32,000 nt of DNA from NCBI GenBank assembly GCA_008932965.1, contig WBXG01000004.1, forward strand, positions 18,768 through 50,767, written 5' to 3'. This DNA is from Verrucomicrobiota bacterium (GTDB lineage: Bacteria > Verrucomicrobiota > Verrucomicrobiia > Chthoniobacterales > UBA6821). The first letter of the stretch is position 1. Every line of letters starts with the position of its first letter. Made by a program: the position numbers and the translations under genes. The notes below the pieces were generated by a model, which saw only the letters and a list, made by a program, of their open reading frames with translations, was not told where the DNA came from and made no database searches. Shown here piece after piece: positions 17,521 through 24,962 of this stretch.

Positions 17521-18312
17521 ATGGCACTGCTCTCTTTTCAAAATGTTGGAATACGCTTCGGCTCCCGAGAAATTATTCATCATTTTTCTGCAGAGATTGA
17601 GGAGGGAGAATTTATCGGTATTTTTGGCCCCAATGGGGTAGGTAAATCAACGCTCATGCGTGCTATCTTAGGTCTTTGCCCGATTCAGAAGGGATCGATT
17701 GATCTCTTTGGAGAAAACCCTGGAAAAATGAATCGCTTTATTGGGTATCTGCCACAATCTCAAAGCCTCCTTGGAACGACCACACTCTCGGCACGCGCTC
17801 TGGTAGCAGCCGTCCATCATGGTGAACAATGGGGAGTCCCTTGGCTCTCTTCCAAAGATTCTTATCAAGTAGAGAGAGCTCTAGAGCTCTCCGAAGCAAG
17901 AGACTATGCAGATATCCCTTTTTCACTTCTTTCCGGAGGAGAGAAGAAAAGAGTAATGCTCGCACAAGCCCTCATCGATGAACCTAAATTACTTATTTTA
18001 GATGAGCCTCTTGCCAGTCTTGATCCTAAAAATCAGATGCTCTTAGTACAACGGATTCGTGATATTCAAGAAGAAACAGGACTCACCATTCTCTTCATTG
18101 CTCATGATGTGAATCCATTACTTGGAGCTATGACCCGTGTCATGTATATGGCAGAAGGGAATGTGGCTTTGGGAAGCACTCAAGAAATTATTACGAATGA
18201 ATCGCTCAGCGCTCTCTATGGAATGAATATCCATGTCCTTCGTGCTGAAGGGAGGGTTTTCATTGTTAATGCAGAAAGCAATATTGATGAAACAACCTGT
18301 TCTCATGTCTAA
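17521..18312 (+). CDS. Metal ABC transporter ATP-binding protein (ZnuC-like)
   Basis: Walker A GPNGVGKST, signature LSGGEKKRV, Walker B LLILDEP and an H-loop in FIAHD. Confidence 0.9.
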   Translation: MALLSFQNVGIRFGSREIIHHFSAEIEEGEFIGIFGPNGVGKSTLMRAILGLCPIQKGSIDLFGENPGKMNRFIGYLPQSQSLLGTTTLSARALVAAVHHGEQWGVPWLSSKDSYQVERALELSEARDYADIPFSLLSGGEKKRVMLAQALIDEPKLLILDEPLASLDPKNQMLLVQRIRDIQEETGLTILFIAHDVNPLLGAMTRVMYMAEGNVALGSTQEIITNESLSALYGMNIHVLRAEGRVFIVNAESNIDETTCSHV

Positions 18313-18356
18313 AATTACCGCATGCTCCCGGAAGTTTTAAAAAAATAAACAAGTCC

Positions 18357-19163
18357 ATGATGCACTACCTTTCCTACGATTTCGTTCAAAATGCTCTAAT
18401 TGCTGGATCCATTGCTGCTGCTCTTGGAGCTGTAGTTGGTTACTTTGTGATTATTCGCAATGTCGGTTTTGCTGCCCATGCCCTCGCCCACATTGGATTT
18501 ACAGGAGCTACCGGAGCCATCCTCTTTGGACTTACCCCGCTACAAGGGATGTTAGTGATGAGCTCTCTTGCAGGAGCTACTATGGGGATTTCGGGTAACA
18601 GATTTCATCGTAGTGAACTTGCTATCGGAATGGTTCTCTCCATCTCGCTTGGTTTAGGAACACTCTTCCTCTCCCTCTATCAAGGTTTTGCTGGGGAGGC
18701 AACAGCGATCCTTTTTGGAAATATCTTTGGTGTTTCTCATACTCAAGTGATGGAAACCGTTCTACTTTCAACATTGAGCTTGTTGCTCTTGGCCCTTTTC
18801 TCACGTCGCCTCCTTTTTGTAAGTATTCAACCCGATCTTGCAGAATCGCGAGGATTATCACTCACCTTTCTTTCTACTGCATTCATGATCATCCTTGCAA
18901 TCAGTGTTGCCCTAGTAAGTCAGGTCGTTGGTACTTTACTAGTCTTCACTTTATTAATTGGTCCTGCTGGTATTGCAACGCGTCTGAGTCATACTTTCTG
19001 GAGAACAATTTTACTCTCTCTATTCATTGGAATCGTCTCTGTTTGGAGCGGAATCCTTTTAGCATGCTTCACAAATCAACCTCCGAGTTTTTGGATCACT
19101 AGTATTCTTTTTTGCCTCTATATTCTTACAGAGCTCAAGGTAAAGCTTTTTGAGAGCGTTTAG
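18357..19163 (+). CDS. Metal ABC transporter permease (ZnuB-like, ABC-3 family)
   Basis: 268-aa ORF with 8-9 TM helices. It is third in the SBP-ATPase-permease order. The stop TAG (19161-19163) is the start of a truncated element. Confidence 0.88.
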   Translation: MMHYLSYDFVQNALIAGSIAAALGAVVGYFVIIRNVGFAAHALAHIGFTGATGAILFGLTPLQGMLVMSSLAGATMGISGNRFHRSELAIGMVLSISLGLGTLFLSLYQGFAGEATAILFGNIFGVSHTQVMETVLLSTLSLLLLALFSRRLLFVSIQPDLAESRGLSLTFLSTAFMIILAISVALVSQVVGTLLVFTLLIGPAGIATRLSHTFWRTILLSLFIGIVSVWSGILLACFTNQPPSFWITSILFCLYILTELKVKLFESV

Positions 19164-19210
19164 CCCGCATATTTCATACTGGTTCGACGCGAGGTGCTGT
19201 GAATCCTGAT
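19160..19210 (+). repeat. Truncated type B element (left end and left arm only)
   Basis: TTAGCCCGCATATTTCATACTGGTTCGACGCGAGGTGCTGTGAATCCTGAT matches the first ~50 nt of copies 11676 and 21669. The core and right end are missing. Confidence 0.8.
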
Positions 19211-19253
19211 CTATACTACGTCAGATTTTTTGTTTCTATTTACGTTTTTAGGT

Positions 19254-20123
19254 TTATAGCACATCTGCAAAAGCAGGCTTCATCCTAATAAAGAGGGCAT
19301 AGCCTATAATTGCTATGATGATACTCCAAAAAAGCTGAAGACCATACATGGTGATATCTGGCCACTGGTGAAAAACCAGAGCATTGCGGCCCATCGAAAT
19401 AAGTACTGCTGCTGGATTGAGCATTACAACCCAACGCCACGTAGCAGGAATTGCTGTGATGGGAAAAAAGAGTGCGCTCATAAACATTAAAACTGTGATT
19501 GCGGGAGGAATCAGTGCCCCAATATCACGTAAAAAAACACCGAGTGCTGCAAGAATCCAACTGATTCCAAGTGAATAAAACAGGATAGGAACAAAAATAA
19601 AGATGAGGCTTATGGAAGAGAGTCCTATGGTGCCTTGGGAAACGAGAAGCAACAGAAGCAACGGAATGAATCCCATCGCTGTATGTACGAGTGTCGAAGT
19701 GATCATAGCGATCGGTATAATCTCTAATGGAAAAATCACTTTTGTGACAAAATTAGCATTCCCTATTATAAGCCCTGGAGAGGCTGCTATCGATCCTGCA
19801 ATAAGATCCCAGAGCAATAACCCACAAAAGAGACCCAGTGTAAATTGTGTCTTTGTCTCCCCGGGATGCCCATAAGACCCGCCGAAAATATATCCGAAAA
19901 CGAGGGTGTAGACGAGCAACATTAAAAGCGGTGTCATGAATGACCATGCGATACCGAACAATGTTCCTTTATAACGTCGTTCGATTTCACGTTTGGTAAA
20001 TTGCCACAACAACGATTTACACGAGGCAAGATGACGATAAATATTCCACGGAAGTACTAGCTCACTCCAGGAGAGTCGATTGGAGGAGATATAAGTAGGG
20101 CTCATTGTTGGGGCATGTGCCAT
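19254..20123 (-). CDS. ABC-2 type polysaccharide/O-antigen export permease (Wzm/TagG-like)
   Basis: 289-aa ORF with 6 TM helices and the N-terminal block LLWQFTKREIERRYKGTLFGIAWSFMTPLL typical of ABC-2 exporters. It lies 1 nt after the rfbC stop. Confidence 0.85.
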   Translation of the reverse strand: MAHAPTMSPTYISSNRLSWSELVLPWNIYRHLASCKSLLWQFTKREIERRYKGTLFGIAWSFMTPLLMLLVYTLVFGYIFGGSYGHPGETKTQFTLGLFCGLLLWDLIAGSIAASPGLIIGNANFVTKVIFPLEIIPIAMITSTLVHTAMGFIPLLLLLLVSQGTIGLSSISLIFIFVPILFYSLGISWILAALGVFLRDIGALIPPAITVLMFMSALFFPITAIPATWRWVVMLNPAAVLISMGRNALVFHQWPDITMYGLQLFWSIIIAIIGYALFIRMKPAFADVL

Positions 20124-20124
20124 T

Positions 20125-20676
20125 TTATGTGACTATCTCCTTCATAGCCTCTGAAAACGACATTCCTTTTTTATCTTTTTCAGAGAGTTGTATTTCATAC
20201 CCCTGAGGCCACTGAATCCCAAGAGTAGGGTCACTCCATAAAATTGTTCTCTCATGCTCCGGAGCATAATAGTCGGTGGTTTTGTAGAGCACCTCAGCAC
20301 TCTCGCTAAGGACCATGAATCCATGAGCAAAGCCAGGTGGCACCCATAGCTGGTAATGATTTTCTTCTGAAAGTTCTAGCCCATCCCAATGTTTAAAAGT
20401 TGGAGAATCTGGCCGTAGATCGACAGCAACATCAAAAATCACTCCTCGTACAACACGTACTAATTTGCCTTGAGGTTGTTTCACTTGATAATGCAGGCCT
20501 CTCAAGACTCCTTGAGAAGAGCGACTGTGGTTATCTTGAACAAAGGAGAAGAGGAGTCCTGTTTTTTGTGAAAATTCTCTTTTGTTAAAACTTTCAAAAA
20601 AAAATCCACGCTCATCTCCCGAAACCTTGGGCTCGATTAGTAGCAAATCGGGAATCTTTGTTGAAAGAAGCCTCAT
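20125..20676 (-). CDS. rfbC: dTDP-4-dehydrorhamnose 3,5-epimerase
   Basis: 183-aa cupin with DERGFFFESFN, VQDNHSRSSQGVLRGLHYQ and the catalytic-region block LWVPPGFAHGF. Confidence 0.93.
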   Translation of the reverse strand: MRLLSTKIPDLLLIEPKVSGDERGFFFESFNKREFSQKTGLLFSFVQDNHSRSSQGVLRGLHYQVKQPQGKLVRVVRGVIFDVAVDLRPDSPTFKHWDGLELSEENHYQLWVPPGFAHGFMVLSESAEVLYKTTDYYAPEHERTILWSDPTLGIQWPQGYEIQLSEKDKKGMSFSEAMKEIVT

Positions 20677-20677
20677 C

Positions 20678-21622
20678 TTAGTCCTTTTTTTCTTGGAGCA
20701 ATCGCTTCAAATATTTTCCATAGTCATTTTTCAGTAATGGCTCGGCTAATTTTTCAAGCTGTTCCTCATTGATAAATCCACGGTGGTAGGCGATTTCCTC
20801 AGGACAGGCAACCTTAAGCCCTTGGCGATGTTCAATCGTTTCAATAAAATTACTTGCCTCCATCAAGCTCTCGTGGGTTCCGGTATCAAGCCATGCATAA
20901 CCTCGGCCCATGATTTCAACATGAAGCTGATGTTGATCCAGATAGAGTTGATTGAGATCGGTGATTTCAAGTTCTCCACGAGATGAAGGCTGAAGCTGTT
21001 CCACCATCTGAGTAACCTGAGAATCATAAAAGTAGAGTCCAGTCACTGCATAGTTACTCTTGGGATGCATTGGTTTCTCTTCAAGTGCAATCGCTCTTCC
21101 CTGAGCATCAAAAGAAACCACCCCATATCTTTTAGGATCTTTCACATGATACGCAAAAACGGTGGCCCCCTCCTTCTGGTTGTCGGCTTTCTCTAATTGG
21201 GAGTGAAAGTCATGCCCATAAAAGATATTATCTCCCAGAATCAGTGCAGAACTGTTTTCACCGATAAACTTTTTTCCAATAATAAATGCTTCTGCAAGAC
21301 CATTGGGCAAAGGTTGAATAGCATATTGAAAATGAACACCCCAATGGCTTCCATCACCAAGAAGTTTCTCGAAATGAGGGAGATCATGCGGTGTTGAAAT
21401 GATCAAAATATCGCGTATTCCAGCAAGCATGAGGGTGCTCAGTGGATAATAGATCATTGGCTTGTCATAAATAGGAAGCAGCTGCTTTGAAATAACTTTA
21501 GTAACAGGATAGAGCCGCGTTCCCGAGCCACCTGCTAAGATAATACCACGCCGTTGCTTTGACACATTCGACGAAACGATTTCATTTTCAGTGTGTAATA
21601 TATTTTTAGTTCCTTGATTCAT
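20678..21622 (-). CDS. rfbA: Glucose-1-phosphate thymidylyltransferase
   Basis: [37 protein letters not shown] and downstream RmlA blocks. It has a ~24-aa N-terminal extension relative to typical RmlA. Confidence 0.93.
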   Translation of the reverse strand: MNQGTKNILHTENEIVSSNVSKQRRGIILAGGSGTRLYPVTKVISKQLLPIYDKPMIYYPLSTLMLAGIRDILIISTPHDLPHFEKLLGDGSHWGVHFQYAIQPLPNGLAEAFIIGKKFIGENSSALILGDNIFYGHDFHSQLEKADNQKEGATVFAYHVKDPKRYGVVSFDAQGRAIALEEKPMHPKSNYAVTGLYFYDSQVTQMVEQLQPSSRGELEITDLNQLYLDQHQLHVEIMGRGYAWLDTGTHESLMEASNFIETIEHRQGLKVACPEEIAYHRGFINEEQLEKLAEPLLKNDYGKYLKRLLQEKKD

Positions 21623-21668
21623 TGAAAATATTTTTTCTACTTCATCTTATACTTAAACGTATTCTCCA

Positions 21669-21852
21669 CTAGCTCGCATATTTCATACTGAATCGTCATG
21701 AGGCGCCGTGAATTCTGATGCAGATCAAGAAGGTGATGGATTGCGACGACGTCTGTATATTTCATACTGCCCAAGGAGTAATTCGAGGCTGGCGCAGTAT
21801 CCATCAGGTGTTCGCAAGTCGCAGCAGAATCAGCATGAAATATTCGGGCTAG
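21669..21852 (+). mobile_element. MITE-like palindromic element, copy 5 (type B, 184 bp)
   Basis: CTAGCTCGCATATTTCATACTGAATCGTCATGAGGCGCCGTGAATTCTGATGCAGA ... GCGACGACGTCTGTATATTTCATACTGCCCAAGGAG ... CAGCATGAAATATTCGGGCTAG. It lies 47 nt upstream of the rfbA start. Confidence 0.9.
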
Positions 21853-21920
21853 TTATTTTAAAGGTGGTAAGCTTTGAACGGCCATTCATGAGACCTGGGG
21901 CTTGAAATATCATTAACAAC

Positions 21921-22271
21921 CTACGAACTCTGTTCGCTTCCTTCCTCTTCTAGAGAGGGAAATTTCAACTTTACCTTATCACCATAGATGACTGCACGCG
22001 CCTGCAAGACCACATCAGGAATTAAGTTATGAGATTTATCCTCAATCATACGAATGAGATGCATGAGTGAAGCTACAATGAGGGCATTACGCGACCAACC
22101 AATGGAATTGGCAATATGATCCGTTTTTTTAAGAATAGCTTGATGACAAGCAAAGCCTGTTCGTGTTTGTGCAGGAGAGGTTTTTGGGGCGCCCATAGGA
22201 ATTAATGAAAGAAAATTGGATTTTGCGATAGTATCCTTTTTTATCGCTTCATGCAAGAAGTGATCTATCAA
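21921..22271 (-). CDS. Small hypothetical protein with a probable ribbon-helix-helix (CopG/Arc/MetJ-like) DNA-binding fold
   Basis: TRTGFACHQAILKKTDHIANSIGWSRNALIVASLMHLIRMI fits the strand-helix-helix pattern of RHH proteins (...SRNALI..A...). The start is uncertain: TTG at 22271 abuts an element, and ATG at 22196 would give 91 aa. The gene is flanked by elements on both sides. Confidence 0.45.
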   Translation of the reverse strand: MIDHFLHEAIKKDTIAKSNFLSLIPMGAPKTSPAQTRTGFACHQAILKKTDHIANSIGWSRNALIVASLMHLIRMIEDKSHNLIPDVVLQARAVIYGDKVKLKFPSLEEEGSEQSS

Positions 22272-22273
22272 AC

Positions 22274-22459
22274 CTAGCCCGCATATTTCATACTGATCGT
22301 GACGAGGAGGCCGCGAAGGCTGATGGGGTAAGGCACGTGATCAAGTCTGACGACGGCTCTATGAGGTCCTACTGCCCGAGGAAGACTTCGAGCTTGGGCG
22401 CCGCATCCACTCTTGCTTCCCGACCTCTGCAGGTAGTTGATATGAAATATGTGGGCTAG
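22274..22459 (+). mobile_element. MITE-like palindromic element, copy 6 (type A, 186 bp)
   Basis: CTAGCCCGCATATTTCATACTGATCGTGACGAGGAGGCCGCGAAGGCTGATGGGG ... TCTGACGACGGCTCTATGAGGTCCTACTGCCCGAGGAAGACTTCGAG ... GTTGATATGAAATATGTGGGCTAG. Confidence 0.9.
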
Positions 22460-22542
22460 ATAACCCAGGGTTGTATTATCAGGAAAACAATTGCAGAAGA
22501 TGCGGTATTTTTTGTTAACATGCGTTAATTATGTTGACATTT

Positions 22543-22737
22543 CTAAAAATGAATACAAGGTGACGAAAGTAGTTTTTCTATTTCATCGTTATGAAAGCGT
22601 TCTACCAAGCCATCACCCACGACATTGTAATGTCGTCTAGGAATGCTATTTTCAACATTCCTCTTGTTGGAGCCAAAAAACTCATGATGTTCGACCTTGC
22701 TAACGCCACCGATGGATTTTTTTTTATTTCTCAGCAT
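22543..22737 (-). pseudogene. Possible degenerate remnant of the C-terminal part of a DDE (rve-type) transposase
   Basis: In this 64-aa ORF, NSIPRRHYNVVGDGLVERFHNDEIEKLL resembles the G-I-x-H-R...NG-x-VERF-x-x-x-L-K-x-E block that closes the integrase core of IS481/IS3-type transposases (from memory). The same frame upstream is broken by a stop (...FEWDGIVAIGS*). No intact catalytic domain is present. Confidence 0.2.
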
Positions 22738-22914
22738 CCTGTGATCTCAGGATCCTATCGCCACGATTCCATCCCATTCAAATCGGTTTTTAGGCATTGA
22801 GGAAGCGCAGCGTCTGATACTATAAATTTTGTAACTTAACATCACTTTTTTAATCATTAACTAACTATGTGAATCCTTAACAATCAATAACGCACCCTCA
22901 ACAACCAAAAACTT

Positions 22915-23169
22915 ATGATGAATGAGAACTATGCCATATTCGCAAAATTGGAGCGATTAATAGATGAGTGGTGTGAACGACGATGTTTAAAACCCCTTTT
23001 TTATATTTTAAGAGATTATCCACTTTGCGGCGAATTAGTTTATGGTTGGAACGTGTTATTAGAATCGTTGCTAGAAATAAAAGATTTTTGCAATCACGAG
23101 CTTACTCTTCAAGAACGAGAATTATTGTTAGAAATTATCGATTGCGCTAAACGAAAGGTTCAGGAGTAA
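22915..23169 (+). CDS. Orphan 84-aa hypothetical protein (predicted all-helical, five Cys)
   Basis: ATG-initiated ORF in the AT-rich islet with no recognisable motif and no obvious Shine-Dalgarno sequence. It is kept because it is the only uninterrupted frame there and no other ORF overlaps it. Confidence 0.35.
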   Translation: MMNENYAIFAKLERLIDEWCERRCLKPLFYILRDYPLCGELVYGWNVLLESLLEIKDFCNHELTLQERELLLEIIDCAKRKVQE

Positions 23170-23400
23170 GTAATCCTAAAAACATGAATAAAAATGAGGA
23201 AGTTTGCGTAAGGAATTGGATTTAAGAATGGTTGAAAAACAACGATATTGGGTAACATTTTTTATTTTCATTCACGTTTTTAGGATAATACCCTTCTCCT
23301 AGGAAGTCAGTCCCGGGTGCAGAAAATAAAAGGTTTTTCTTGCCGAAGAGCTCGATCCTATCTTCTATCTTCTCTCACTAATTTTTTGTCGCTAATGTTG

Positions 23401-23507
23401 AGCCCGGATATTTCATACTAAGTCTCTTACTGCATTGTACAATGCATGATGACTGCTGTTTTGGACTAGAATTATGTTATGACACTTCAGTATGAAATAT
23501 CCGGACT
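23401..23507. mobile_element. Short (107-bp) element with the family terminal repeats but an unrelated interior
   Basis: AGCCCGGATATTTCATACTAAGT ... CTTCAGTATGAAATATCCGGACT. The interior lacks the GACGACGGCTGTATG core and contains a perfect 16-bp palindrome TGCATTGTACAATGCA (23431-23446). It ends 25 nt before the permease ATG. Confidence 0.8.
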
Positions 23508-23532
23508 ATAACAACGTTAAGTGCTATTTCCT

Positions 23533-24948
23533 ATGAATAAAAAAACGTTAAGTCTCTTTGCCTTAGTAATGATGAATGTCGCTGCTATCGACAGTCTGAG
23601 AATATTACCTGTGAGTGCCGAATACGGTCTCTCGTTGATTTTTTACTATGTCATGGCAGCATTACTCTTTTTTGTTCCTACTGCACTTGTCTCAGCTGAA
23701 TTGTCAACCGGGTGGCCTGAATCAGGGGCAATGTACGTTTGGGTGAGAGAAGCATTTGGCCCCAAATTTGGATTTATGATTATTTGGGTGCAATGGATTA
23801 GCAATATTGCTTGGTTTCCAACAATAATGTCCTTCATTGCTGCTACCCTCTTTTATTGTATCGATCCCAACCTGGTGAATAATAAATCTTCCATGATCAC
23901 AGTGATCTTTTTCTTATTTTGGGGTATTACATTCCTCAATTTTTTTGGGATCAAAACGGCCAGTTTTTTTGGAAGCCTCTCAGCGATTCTTGGAACGCTA
24001 GCACCCATGGGATTTATTATTATTCTCGGAGCTATTTGGATGATCATGGGAAAACCACTAAGCATTTCCTTGAGTTGGCATGCTCTTCTTCCTGATGTCA
24101 AAAACATCGATAATATGGCTCTCTTGACCGTGCTTTTATATAGCCTTGTCGGTATTGAACTCTCTGCTGCTCATGCAGGAGAGGTCAAAAACCCTCAAGC
24201 CAACTACCCAAAAGCTATTTTTTGGTCTGTTTTAATCATTCTTGGCAGCCTTATTTTTTCCTCCCTTGCCATTGCCTTAGTTGTACCACAATCCGAGCTT
24301 AATATTATTGCTGGTTTGCTCCAAGCCTTCGAAATCTTTTTTAATGCATTTCATCTTCATGGGCTCATGCCTCTCTTAGCTTTTTTAATCACATTAGGAG
24401 CCCTAGGAGGATTGAATTCATGGATTTTGGGGCCAAGTAAAAGTTTACTCATAGCATGCCACGATGGATGCCTTCCTCCTCAACTGGGAAAAAAAAACAG
24501 TCACGGGGTTCCTATCTTTATTTTACTGCTTCAAGGACTCATTTTTTCTGTACTCACCGCCCTCTTTTTACTGATGCCTACGGTTAGTAGTGGGTTCTTG
24601 CTTTTAACCAATATCGCCTCTCTCCTAGCACTCTTAGGATACATTGCTATGTTTGCTGCTGCTGTGAGATTGAGGTATAAATATCCTGATGTGAAACGAG
24701 CTTTTGTCACACCCGGTGGAAAGGTGGGGCTTTGGTTTGTTTGTACTATTGGCGTTCTGAGCTCCTTATTTACCATCTCTCTTGGCTTCTTGCCTCCAAG
24801 TCAAATCGCCGTTGGTAATGTTTTAAGATACCAGCTTACCATTGGTTTTGGAATTGTGTTCGGCTGTCTCTTCCCTCTAGCGCTCTATAGCCTCCATGAA
24901 CATTGGAAAAAAAAGAGCGCGGTCGCTTCCTCTTCAAGATCAGTATGA
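23533..24948 (+). CDS. APC-superfamily amino acid antiporter, GadC family, paralogue 2
   Basis: FVPTALVSAELST, VGIELSAAHAGEVKNPQANYPKAI, KKNSHGVPI and YPDVKRAFVTPGGKVG...LGFLPPSQI parallel GadC blocks. The start was moved to ATG 23533 (MNKKTL...); the track start at 23521 is GTG. The last ~10 codons derive from an element arm. Confidence 0.88.
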   Translation: MNKKTLSLFALVMMNVAAIDSLRILPVSAEYGLSLIFYYVMAALLFFVPTALVSAELSTGWPESGAMYVWVREAFGPKFGFMIIWVQWISNIAWFPTIMSFIAATLFYCIDPNLVNNKSSMITVIFFLFWGITFLNFFGIKTASFFGSLSAILGTLAPMGFIIILGAIWMIMGKPLSISLSWHALLPDVKNIDNMALLTVLLYSLVGIELSAAHAGEVKNPQANYPKAIFWSVLIILGSLIFSSLAIALVVPQSELNIIAGLLQAFEIFFNAFHLHGLMPLLAFLITLGALGGLNSWILGPSKSLLIACHDGCLPPQLGKKNSHGVPIFILLLQGLIFSVLTALFLLMPTVSSGFLLLTNIASLLALLGYIAMFAAAVRLRYKYPDVKRAFVTPGGKVGLWFVCTIGVLSSLFTISLGFLPPSQIAVGNVLRYQLTIGFGIVFGCLFPLALYSLHEHWKKKSAVASSSRSV

Positions 24949-24962
24949 AATATTTTGTTTAA
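24915..24962 (-). repeat. Element fragment (left arm plus terminal repeat, reverse orientation) containing both convergent stop codons
   Basis: GCTTCCTCTTCAAGATCAGTATGAAATATTTTGTTTAA compares with the reverse complement of the copy 1 left end, GCCTCCTCGTCACGATCAGTATGAAATATCCGGGCTAG. The variant tip GAAATATTTTGTTTAA recurs at 31769-31784. Confidence 0.7.

Noticed and set aside
20191-20200. A 10-nt match to the terminal repeat core (TATTTCATAC) inside rfbC
   Set aside because: It is an isolated 10-mer within a conserved coding region (encoding GYEIQ on the minus strand) with no flanking element similarity, so it is most likely chance.
22591-22800. A 69-aa plus-strand ORF in the islet
   Set aside because: It lies antisense to, and almost fully overlaps, the 64-aa frame carrying the VERFH block. 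Neither frame is convincing as a functional gene, and only the transposase-like one has any motif support.
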